Assembly: GCA_013239625.1 (NCBI GenBank)
Contig: MU053934.1
Coordinates: 6,776,399-6,840,398, forward strand
Source of the DNA: Lama guanicoe
Taxonomy: Eukaryota
DNA length: 64,000 bases
Direction of reading: 5' to 3'
Position 1 is the first letter of the stretch. Each line of letters opens with the position of its first letter. This document shows, piece after piece, positions 27,470 to 37,695 of this stretch. The position numbers were made by a program, and so were the translations under genes. The notes under the pieces were generated by a model. That model saw only the letters and a program-made list of their open reading frames with translations, searched no databases and was not told the DNA's origin.

Positions 27470-27655
27470 GAAGCCCAACTCATGGTTCCAATCCAGGCTC
27501 TGGCACTTTAGGCAAGATACTTAACCCCTGAGGTCTCCATTTTTGCCTCTAAAATAGGAATGATAACTGTACCCCTGTATGGGTTGGTATGAGGATCAGA
27601 TAAATTAATCCATATAAAGTACCCAGAATAAAGTGATGGCAGGTGCTCAAAAACA
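27470..27655 (+). mobile_element. MIR SINE
   Basis: ggttccaatccaggctctg...ggcaagatacttaacc...aaaataggaatgataac...gaggatcagataaattaat. Confidence 0.7.
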
Positions 27656-29074
27656 TGACCTACCCAACAGTTCTGAGTCCAGAGAAGTCAGGGTGCTCCA
27701 GCTGGGAGCACAGCAAACACGGGGAGAGAACAGGGCATGAGGCCCAAACACCTGGGACCCAGGTAAGTGGGGGGGAACTTCACTCCCTTCAGGCAATGGG
27801 GAGCCATGGAAGGTTCTGTGCAGAGAGAGGAGAGATGCTCTGTTCGGTCCCTGATTATCCTCCACCCATGCTTAGCTTGACACCCCCCTCCCATCCCAGG
27901 CCCAACAGTCCTACCCAACAACCTGCTTGCTGGGCTCAGGGGCACATCTCATAGTAAGATTTGACACTTGGCCCCAGGTATTATTATTATGGTGTGACAA
28001 ATGGGGAAACCAAGGCCCGGAGAACATCACATAGATCCATATCATCACACAGACTGCAGCTGGCAGAGCTAGGATGCAAACAAACCGATGTGGTGGACTC
28101 AACTCCAAAATCAACACTAGCCTCTCCTGGCTCTGAAACTGAACCAGAGCCCTTTGAAGTGGCTGGGCATTGTGTGCAGCACTGGACAGGCAAGGTGGGG
28201 TCTTTATGCCCACTGAGGGGGGCTGAGGCTGCAGGGTGAAGGGCCCCACAGCTTGTCCTCGGAGGAGCTGGGACCCGTCCCAGTCTGTTAGACTCCAGAT
28301 GCCCGCACTAGGGGCCTGGCAGGCACGACACCTGGAACCCCGAGCTTCCTCTAACCTGGGCTGGTGGCTATTTCTGAGGTCCTCGCTCCCCTTTGGGATG
28401 ATAGGGAAGACAGGAGACCCTGGGGCTTGTGTCACAGGGCCCTTTACTGTCTGTTCTCTTCCTTTGTCCTTTCAAAGTGGTTTTTCATCCCCTCCCAAGA
28501 ACCGCCCTGGCCCACCAGGTCCCAGCCCTGCTCTGCAGAGTGGAGACTGAAAAGCAGGCTTAACTGCATCCTCTTAACAGTTTCACAGCCAGAAAAACCA
28601 GCAGAGGGAAACACAACATTTGCCGACCGGGTCAGATCCAAGGTCACTCCATAAAAATGGATTCCTGGAAAAACATAAACCAGCAATTTACCCAGTGAAT
28701 TTTATTGGCCTCAAAAAAAAAAAAGCTATCTTATTTGAATAACAAAGGGAGATAAACCATTCCCAGTTCTTCCTTTATTAGTGAATAAGGACACACAAAA
28801 ACTCAACAGAAATGGAATGTTCACATGCAGCTTCAGATCTGATTTATTAGCCGCTTTTGTTTCATAAAAACCAGTATTTCTGTTAAAATAGGATGATGTC
28901 GAAAAGGTTTGTTTGCTTTAAAAACATTGTATTTAATACAGATCAAGTCTTAGTTTTATTTTCTGTTTTTTACACAAAGCTCACATTCTCCTGACTTCAC
29001 GCCTGTTACTACAGCCGAAGGGAAACTGATTTCAGAATCCATCTGATATGTCGGATTTCTTTGTGGCATCCACT

Positions 29075-29137
29075 TCATCGCTCAGCAGCCAGCCATGATG
29101 TCATAAGCCCATCAGATTTCCGGTAGGGGGGGAAACG
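29075..29137 (-). CDS. Putative microprotein ORF, exon 2 part (RFPPYRKSDGLMTSWLAAER*)
   Basis: In-frame continuation after the acceptor at 29138; TGA at 29077-29075. Confidence 0.35.
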   Translation of the reverse strand, partial: RFPPYRKSDGLMTSWLAAER

Positions 29138-30429
29138 CTGGGGAATTGGAAAGAATGGATGTTTCTTACCCGTCAGGAAGGGGAGGGAAGGGACTGGGTG
29201 TGTTTGGGAGGCGGGAGACAGAGGCAGGCTCAATGTTTGTGATATTAAATGTCAGGCAGAAACCTGAAAAATCCAGCCACCCAGATGTTTTCTAAATATC
29301 CAGATGTCTGGCACCAAGCAGACCCTGCTCCCCCGCCCCACCTCTCGTCCCAAGAGGCACGCAACGTTTCGGCTTTGACCTCAGGTCTACGGTGAGCGCG
29401 CGCTGCCAGGAGCCAGACATCCCAGAGGCTGCCCACCCTCGGGTTTGCAATTTTTTCTGAATCTTTACACATGGATGACAGGAGTAACTAGGTCCAGATT
29501 TTTAAAAGCTGTTGAAGCAGTGATTTGAAAAGTTCAGTCCCTGGAATTAGCTTCCACAGAATACACTACGCAAGCCAAAAAGGAGGAAAAAAAATCCCTC
29601 AGCCAACACACACACAAACATATGTGACTCTTAAGCCGTAAGAGTTAAAAACCCAAAACAAAACCAGCGAGTCTGAGAACCAAGGACTCGCGACTGACAC
29701 TGAGAAGAGATGAGCCCTCCCCCAGGAGCACACTTCCCCCAAATCAGAAAAACACCAAACAGCTTTGTTCTTCCTGACAAAGCCCCTCGCTTCCAAGGAA
29801 CAGGCAGTTGCCAACAAAAGCACAGGGTAGAACTAATTTACACTCAGACTCTGGGCTTCGAGGAGTCATAAAGTACAGAAATGGAAATGGCTTTGCCTAG
29901 GAAACTGCTTCCCCACAACTGGCAATGGGGACTCCTCGGCCTGGGGGAGCCCTGCAGGCCACAGACTAGCAGAGTCCCGGCTTCCGGGGCCCTGGCCACA
30001 TGCCCACTGAGGCCACCTCGGAGGCCTGTGACATCAAGGCTAATTGCTCCTGAAAATGAGCCAAGAACTGCAGGCCCCTGGGGCCCAAACCCTGCGACTT
30101 CACAGGGAGCCAGGAGGAGAGGCAGCTGGGGAGGGGGACCAGCTACAATTAGAACTGAGTGCATGGATAACGATGAAAGGGGTGGCCAGGGTAGGGTGTC
30201 TGGCAGAGAGCAGGAGGAGGTGAGTAGGGGCTCAGGGCTGGAGGCTGCGGGGCTCAGTGGCATCTTCTCTTAGAATATCCTCTGTGCTTTTCAGATGCAG
30301 AAATTGAGGGCCAGGAGTGGCTGAGTGGCCCACCCAAGGTCACCAGGCTAATTAGAGGGACAGCCAGTACTGGGGAACAGAAAACATAGGCCTGGCATTG
30401 GTTGCATGGCTCTTCCCCGAATGGCATCT

Positions 30430-30605
30430 AGTTTAATCCTCACAACACCCTGTAGGGGAAGGGTTATCATTAACCTCAGTTTCCAGAGGAGCCAATGGAG
30501 GCGCAGAGAGGTTAAGTAATTTGCCCAGGGTCACACAGCTCATCATTAGCAGAACTTGGTATGAACCTCTGAGTCACCAACTCTGAGTCCAGTGCTCTTT
30601 CTGCT
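30430..30605 (-). mobile_element. MIR SINE
   Basis: tttaatcctcacaacaccctgt...gaggcgcagagaggttaagtaatttgcccagggtcacacagct. Confidence 0.8.
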
Positions 30606-33202
30606 GGGTGGGGAGAGGCAGTTAAGTTTAACTGGGAGCAGTGAATCTGGTTTAAGTACATTTTTTAAATGGTGGTGATCCCCACAGAACAGAAGGGACC
30701 AAATTTTTGCAAATTAATTTTTTAAAGCAATTCCAGTCAGGAGGGTTGGCTGGCTGGGTGGGTGGGTGAGTAGACCATTTTTTATTCTGTCCCTGCCAGA
30801 GCCTGAATAAAAGCACACAGACACCCTCTAGCTGTGCGTGGAGGCCTCTCAGTCCCCTGAAGTGGGGAGGATGGGGCGGCGCTAAAAGCCTTGTCAGGCA
30901 TATGTGAGAGTATAATCTGCCACAGGAAAGCTGCCAGGCGCTCAGGTCTGACAGAGCCAGGGGAGGGAGAGATTCACTGAGCAGAGAAACTATAAAAAAT
31001 AAAAATAAGAGTTGGCCCTCTAAGCCTGATTCCTACTTTCCAGCCAGGAGTTTAAATGAACTTCAGGTCACCTGGGCTGCTGTTTGTGGTCCAGAGGCCT
31101 GAGTGTGGATCAGAGAGGCACTGCCCAGGGTCCTGTCTGTCCAGGATGTTGGGGAGGAGGGGAGTTATTGTGTCCCTGTACCCTGGTCATCCTGGGGACC
31201 CTGCTGGCCACCACCTTCTCCCAGAGTGGCATTTGAAGGAAACCAAGCCTCCAAGAGCTGGGACAGAAGAATGAGGAGTAGGCTGGTCTGAGCTTAGAGA
31301 ACAGAACACTTACCTGTCCCCAGGTGTCCCCAGAAAGATTCCCCTCCCTTCCCAAGGGCCAGCCTTGGTGCTTCAGGGGGCCATATGTGCCAGGGCCATC
31401 ACCCTGCTCTCTTCCTCACCAGACCTGCTGGTTTCTTTTACTTCGTTTCTGTGAACAGCAAATGGGATGTGGAGCCCAGGACTCAGGCCAGGGAAGGGGA
31501 AAGAAAAATTTCTGCCATCTGGATGCCTGACTAGGCTGAATAGCTCCCTTTTTTTTTTTTTTTTCCCCTGGGGAAATTCTACTTATCATTTTATTTGCTT
31601 TGCTTACCCTCCACCCAGAAGAGATTCAGATCCAGCCCTCATGGTGCTTACATTTGATTCAGGGAAACAAACATTAACTCAATAATGACATTAAAATGTC
31701 TGTGGAGGGAGTCGTTCCCAGGCTATAAGAGTCTGCCAAATGGGAAGTATCAGGTCAGGGAAGACTTCCTGGAGGAGGTGACTGGGGCCCAAAGGATGAG
31801 GAGGCATTAACCCTTCTGACTCACTGTCACTTCTGCAGAGAAGCCTTTCCCAATACCCACTCAAGGTTGCCTCTTGTCCCCTACTCCATTTCCTTCCTTG
31901 CCTGTTGTTCACCATTTATGTCCCTGCACTGGTCTGGAAGTCCCATGAGAGCAGAGCCTGGGTCCGTCTTGCTCACCACTGAATTGCCTGTGCCTGGGAC
32001 ATTATATATGTTTGATGACTACTTGTTGATTAAAAATAAATAAATAAACAACATGTGGCAAGGACCTGTGGTAGGAGGAATCACAGAGAATAGGAGGGCA
32101 TAAGATTAAGAACAGAGACAAAAGTCACAGAGAGTAGTGAGAGATGAGACTGAGCCACTCCAAGAACCACCGGGGGCCTGAAAGTATTTCCTCCCACCTC
32201 TGGGTCCCCTTCTGCCCTTCCCCTGTGGCAGAGCCTGGGGTTGGGTGTCTTCTTTCTCCTACAAAAGAGTATCACATAGATACTCTGCCTCACTTGCTCT
32301 GTTCCAGGCATAGCTCCTCTGGAAATGAGGTAAGTGGGCACTAGCATCACCTGCTCAATACTCTCCATCTCCACTCCTGCCTTCCCTCCTCCAATCATTT
32401 CCTGGTCTGGTGCTGCAGGAACACCGGGGAGGTACAAAAAGGCAGTGGCTGACAGATCCTGGAGTCCCAATCCAGGTCCTTTCTACCGCTCCCCAGCCCA
32501 GGTCCCATCTGCACTCCAGCACTACCAGCCTGGCACCCTTCCTCCTTCCTGAGGCTGAAGTGGAAGCAGAGAAGGAGCAGGGCTCTCGGCTGGACCAGAA
32601 CGGGTTTGAGTCCCCTCAGCTGATTACCGGCGTGTGTCTGCTCGCCAAGCTGCCCTCTGCCCGTTAGATTCCTCACAGGTTAAATGGAGATGCCCCAAGC
32701 TCCTAGCAGGGACAGCGCGGGTGCTTGGCGGACCTGCCTGAAAGGCTCAAAATCAGTCTCTTCTGGTTTTCCTCTACGACTCAGCTCAGTTACTCCTCCC
32801 CCAACTTTCTCTTACACCTCATCTGCAGTATCTAAAGCTGGGGTTTGGCCGGCGGGCGAGCGGGATCCCAGCCCCAGCGCTGAGCCTCCGTCTCTGCGCA
32901 GACCCCCTCTCCGCGCCTCGAGCGCAGTGCACTCCAGCAAACTTTCCGCATCCGCCACCCGCCCGCGTCTACACCTACTGGTGGTTCTGCGGCGCGTGTC
33001 CACACAGCCTCACCTGCCCCCGGGTTGCTGGAGGGTGATTCAGTCACAGTCCGCGTCTCCAGTCTCACCCGCCGCGAGTTACGAGGACCGCCAACCTCAG
33101 CCTTAGGGATCATTCTTGACTCCCTCTGGATTTCGGGGGCGCCTTAGCCGGCTCACCTGCGCTCTTCTACCCCGCTTTGGCAGCCCCCAGGTCACTGAAC
33201 AC

Positions 33203-33272
33203 GCCTCAGCTCAGGGGCCGCGTCCACACCGCCTTGGAGATGCCTCAGCTCCGGGGCCGCGTATGCACTGCT
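33203..33272 (+). repeat. Two-copy 39-bp tandem repeat
   Basis: gcctcagctcaggggccgcgt at 33203 and gcctcagctccggggccgcgt at 33242. Confidence 0.85.
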
Positions 33273-33391
33273 CAGGGCTCAGAGCGCGGACCGGGACGCA
33301 GACCCCGCGACAGCTGCCCAGAATGGGAAGTGGTGCCCGAATCTTCTCCCGGTGACCCCCACGCCCGGAAAGCCGGCCGGGGGTTGCTTAC

Positions 33392-33439
33392 CTTGCCCGC
33401 GCCCTCACGCTCCTGTCCAGGAGACGTCGTCTCTTTCAT
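33392..33439 (-). CDS. Putative microprotein ORF, exon 1 part (MKETTSPGQEREGAGK); in frame with an upstream ATG at 33595
   Basis: ATG at 33439, then 16 codons up to a consensus donor in phase 0. Confidence 0.35.
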
Positions 33440-33518
33440 ACATTTTGCAATATTGTCGATGGCGAAAGTAAATGTTATAGATCCTCTCTTGGTCACTTGG
33501 CAGTACCCCAACCTCTCC

Positions 33519-33551
33519 TTTTTCCTTTTTTTTTTTTTTTTTCTTTTTTTT

Positions 33552-33590
<39 letters not shown>
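33519..33590 (+). repeat. ~72-bp poly(T) tract with a few C interruptions (poly(A) on the transcribed minus strand)
   Basis: Directly visible. Confidence 0.98.
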
Positions 33591-33592
<2 letters not shown>

Positions 33593-33599
33593 CATTTTT

Positions 33600-33745
33600 A
33601 GGCGGGGCTGGGCGCGCTGGGGGCGGGGCGGGGCACGCCGGCTCTGGCCACCCTCCCTAGGGGAAGCCTTGCAGACCACTAGAGCTCCTGTTCCGGCTTT
33701 TGATTGGTCGGCCGGTCGGCGATGCTGACGCCTGATTGGCTAAGA
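33600..33745 (-). promoter_or_regulatory. TATA-less promoter with two CCAAT boxes, ETS, CRE half-site and GC boxes
   Basis: ATTGG at 33703-33707 and 33735-33739 (minus-strand CCAAT, the second in TAGCCAATCAG context); TTCCGG at 33691; TGACG at 33726; tandem GGGCGG at 33621-33633. Confidence 0.75.
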
Positions 33746-34699
33746 CGAAGAAGGAGCTCAGGCAGTGGGGGTGGGGGTTGCGTGTTCCATTCTTTGCCTT
33801 TTCTTTCCCGTGGCCTCCGCAAGTCTTTTGGGCCCTCCTGAGATCTGCAGCATTTTCTTCGCTGCTTCTGTGCCCCATCATAATACTTAACTACCCCGAG
33901 TGTAAATGCGTTTCTTTGTCCTTTTCTAACCAAATAATTAGCACCTTGAAGTCGGGACACCGTGTTTGTGCAGCTCAAAACTGTATCCATAAGACCTGGC
34001 ACACAGGAGGTGCTCAAAACGTGTTTGTTAATTGAATTCATGGAAAAAATGTATATTCAGGTTTTTAGAGCTATCTTTAAGATTGGTAACATTCCTAGAA
34101 GATGGTATCACTGTTGTTCTAGAATGGGGAGACTGAGGTGCAGAGAAACGCTGTCACCAGGGACATAACGTACATCAGTGGACCTCAGATCTCTACACAG
34201 TGATATCCTGTGGAGTGTCGGGGTCTCAGTTTCCCATCTATTAATTCATCTAGAAGGTGAATTATTTAAATGAACGGGCTATACGGAGCACTGTGCTTAG
34301 CAGTATGGATGAGACAGCTCTGCCTTCATGTTAAAGCATGGTAGCCTGCTGCATGCTCTCCCTCCCTGGAACCCCCTCTCCTCCTCCCCGCCAAATCACA
34401 GGGGAGGTTAAAGGCACTCTACTCAAAGGAGGCTGCCTTGTCCTCTCCTGAGGGTTTGGGTGCATGTGGGAGGATTTTCCTGGGGGAGCCACAGGGAATA
34501 TCATTAACCAAAAAGTCTTGAGCAGTTCTTGGAAACACCCCCCCACCCCACCCCAGGAGGGGCCTTTTGGTTACCCAGTGGTCTCTGATCTGGGGACACA
34601 GCTTCCTCTCACAAAGGAAGATGTCGAAGCTGCTTCTGGAGTTGGGCGGGGAGGGCTAATTAACCAGAAAAATGCATTTGAGATCTTGGGTAGCCAGAT

Positions 34700-34926
34700 T
34701 CAGGTGTGTGGAGGAGCCAGTGAGTTCTCCCTGTGTCTCTGTCTTCACATGGCCTTCTTATAAGAATACAAGTCATTGGATTTAGAGCCCACTCTGATCC
34801 AGTATGACCTCATCTTAACGTCATTACATCAGCAAAGACCCTATTTCCAAATCAGGTTATAGTCACAGGTACTGGTGGTTAGGGTTTCAACATATCTTTG
34901 GGAGGCCACACAATTCAACTCACAAT
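34700..34926 (-). mobile_element. MLT1 (ERVL-MaLR) LTR fragment
   Basis: cttcttataagaatacaagtcattggatttagagccc...atgacctcatcttaac...attacatc.gcaaagaccctatttccaaat...cacaattcaac is the reverse complement of an MLT1 LTR 5' end. Confidence 0.88.
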
Positions 34927-37254
34927 AAGACTCAACGAGGAAAGAACATTCCGTCAGAGGGAAACAACAAGAGAAGAGACCCTGAGGCTGCCCAGGGTAG
35001 ATTACCCTCCTAGCAACCCACTGCTCTTTTGAGGCTTATCTCCAGCTCATCTCGGTTCCTGGTACTTAGCAGCTGCCTAAACAGAGCCAGGAGGGAGCTG
35101 ACCCCCTGGCCTCTCCTTCCAGTAGACCCTGCTCATTCTGGGTTCCTGAGAACAGCCTTCCTTCCTCCCCCTGTCTGCCTGGTCCCCACCCCCACCAGCA
35201 TCCCACATGCAAGATGGACAAGGACAATAAAAGCTGTTTCACAAGCAGGTGGTGATTAATTGCCGAGTTAATTAAAGAGGCAGTAATTACTCTTGGATTT
35301 CAGAGGCAGGAGTGATGTCTTAGGCAGGGGTGGGTGGTCAGCCTAGGTCTCCCAAGAGGTGGAGCCAGAAGATAGAAAGGATTTGAAAAGGCAGGAAGGA
35401 AAAAAAACAAAGTAACGCTTTAAAAAAGTGAGTGCTTCAGCCATAGCTATAACATTTTATTTGACAGAATCAGGTGGTGGGCTTAAGAGGTTTATGCTCA
35501 TTTCTGTTCTTTTCCATGTCTTTGAAATATTTCATTAACAACAACAACAAAAAGGCAGGGGGTAGGTTAAGTATTTCTAAACTCCAGTTTGGGATTTGTA
35601 AATGGCCTCAGATAGCAGTGTACCTCACTCTACACAGTGGAGAGGGCCCTAAAATTATGTGGAAATTGAATCCCTTTTGCCCACCCAGTACATCCTAATG
35701 TCAGTGATTCTCTATCTTCATTTCTGATTGATTTTCCCTGGCAGAGGCACAGAATTCTTTGCTTTAAGTGTCAGGCTCTCTCTGTCAAGTAGTTAATGAC
35801 CTATAAAGCACTTAAAAAGTACTGGAGGAGATGCTATTTGGAGGCACCCCATGGTGTACACTTTCCCATTGTCAGTAATCACCCCTCATTTATTTGCTCT
35901 TATTGGTATGGAATTTGCTATCAGGTTTCCGTAAAGTGGAGCCCACCAGGAGAGGTGCAATTCCATTTGAGCCTAGTTGAATCCTAGGGTTGGCACCTAG
36001 GGGCAGAGGCAGCAGATGAGGAAGGAAGGGGCCCTTTCTTTGAGAGTCCTTGACCATGGGTGTACTGGTCACCTCTTGACACACCTTCCCTGACTACCTC
36101 ATTCCTCCTGCAGCTGTGGCCACCACAGCCTTCCCAGTTTCTCCCCACCAACTTTCTGCAGCCTCAACCTGTCTCCTGAGTTCTGACCCATTCTCTTGGC
36201 TGCCTCTTTTGACACCTCCCACTGGTTGCCACATGGATTTCTCCCCACATTGCTGCTCTACTCCTGTGCTTCTGGTTGTGTTACTGAAACCAGTCTCTGT
36301 CCACTGGATGGGAGCATGGACACTCCTTCACACTTATGCCTTGAGGCCAATAGGTCACCAGATCTTGTTGGTCCTCTTCCAAAGTGGCTTTAGAGTCTGG
36401 TCCCTTATCCCAACCTCAACCTCCTTGGTCTCAGTCTCTGCCCCAAAGCTTTTGCCTATCTCAGCAGCCTCCAAATGGAACAGGCCACCCTCCCCAGAAC
36501 CACTCACTAGAGTTGCCTCCCAAAGAACAAGGCAGAGGATTTTGCTCTCCTGTTCCCCAATCTCTCTGCGTTCTCCTCAGGCCTCAGCCTGGTATCCAAG
36601 GCCCTTCACAACCTAGGCCTGGCGGCATCTCCCCAGGCTCCTCCCAGTGCCTCCCCTTTCTTGCCATCTCACTCCTTCTATCTTCGGGCCTTTACTTGTG
36701 ATATTCTCTACCTGGAGTGGCCTAATCGTTCAAGAGTCCCTCTTCCAGTAAGCCTTCCTTGGTTTGCTCAGGCAAAGTTACCACCCTCCTTGAGGATCCC
36801 GTAGCCCTTCCCACAGTGCATGTTTACCTGGGTTCCTTTGTCTGCCTGCCTTGTCACTCATTCAGGGACATTTACTGAGTGTCACTGGGAGAGGAGTTGT
36901 TGGGAGCAATAGCTCTGTTATCAAACAGGCCCCGATTCAAATCCAGCTTTGTCCCTTGCCAGCTGAGTGAACTTGGGCATTCACTGCCCCTGTCTGAGCC
37001 TCAGTTTCTTCCTCTGCCATGCCCTAGAGCTTGTACCTGTCCTTGGGCAACTGGAAGATGATGCCAGCCTGGTGAGGTCAGTGCTGGGAGAGAATGGAGA
37101 GGCCGAGGATTGGGGTGAGCACAGAGGCTGTGGCAGCAGCAACCCTCAGGGTCAGAGCCATGAGGAGCATCACATGGAGCACAGAGTAGGGGTGAGACAC
37201 TGATGTGGGGCTGGGAGGTGGAGCTGGCTCTTCCAAGAGGGAAATTATACTTGA

Positions 37255-37695
37255 TCCCTAGGCCTGCTATAACCAATTACCACAAACTTGGTGGCTTAAA
37301 ACAGTGTACACTTTTCCTTTTATAGTTCTGGAAGCCAGAAATCCAAAATCAGTTTCAGCAGGGCCGTACCACTTTCAGAGGCTTCGAGGAGAATCTGTTT
37401 TGTTGCCCTTTCCAGTTTTTGGAGCTGCATTCCTTGGCTCATGTCCCCTACATTCATCCTCGAAACCGGCAGTGTAGCATCTTCAAATCCCTCTCTCTGC
37501 TTCCATCGTCACGTTGCCTTCTGCCTTCTGCCTTCTGTCCATAATCTCTCTCTGCATCTGTCTTATAAGGACACTTGTGATGGTAATAACCCAGGATAAT
37601 CGCCCTATTTTAAAATCCTTAATCACAACTGCAAAGTCTCTGCCATGTAAGGTAACATTCACAGATTCTAGATATTAGGATGTGGACATTTTTAT
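37255..37695 (-). mobile_element. MLT1 (ERVL-MaLR) LTR
   Basis: taccacaaacttggtggcttaaaaca...agttctggaagccagaaatccaaaatc...cttataaggacacttgtgat...gccatgtaaggtaacattcacag. Confidence 0.88.

Larger units (their letters stand above)
28690..33640 (-). ncRNA. Spliced, polyadenylated two-exon transcript, probable orthologue of human LINC01315; may encode microproteins
   Basis: CpG-island promoter; donor AAG|GTAAGC at 33392/33391; branch-like CTGAC at 29176-29172; acceptor ccattctttccaattccccag| at 29138/29137; four minus-strand AATAAA at 28701, 28774, 28843 and 28955. The name rests on recalled synteny (between the NFAM1 3' end and TCF20, ~5 kb span), not on an alignment. Confidence 0.62.
32840..33760. 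promoter_or_regulatory. CpG island
   Basis: Dense CpG and high GC compared with the CpG-depleted flanks. Confidence 0.85.

Noticed and set aside
27470..28130. Oppositely oriented MIR pair as a dsRNA hairpin
   Set aside because: The copies are too diverged for stable pairing and lie beyond the predicted poly(A) sites.
33177..33728. Plus-strand 183-aa ORF with a poly-Phe 'membrane' segment
   Set aside because: It is a translation of the poly(T) tract with a non-ATG start, and the promoter and splice signals point to the minus strand.
33519..34000. Poly(A) tract as the tail of a retrocopy or SINE
   Set aside because: No recognisable element body and no target-site duplication; the adjacent sequence is a CCAAT/GC-box promoter.
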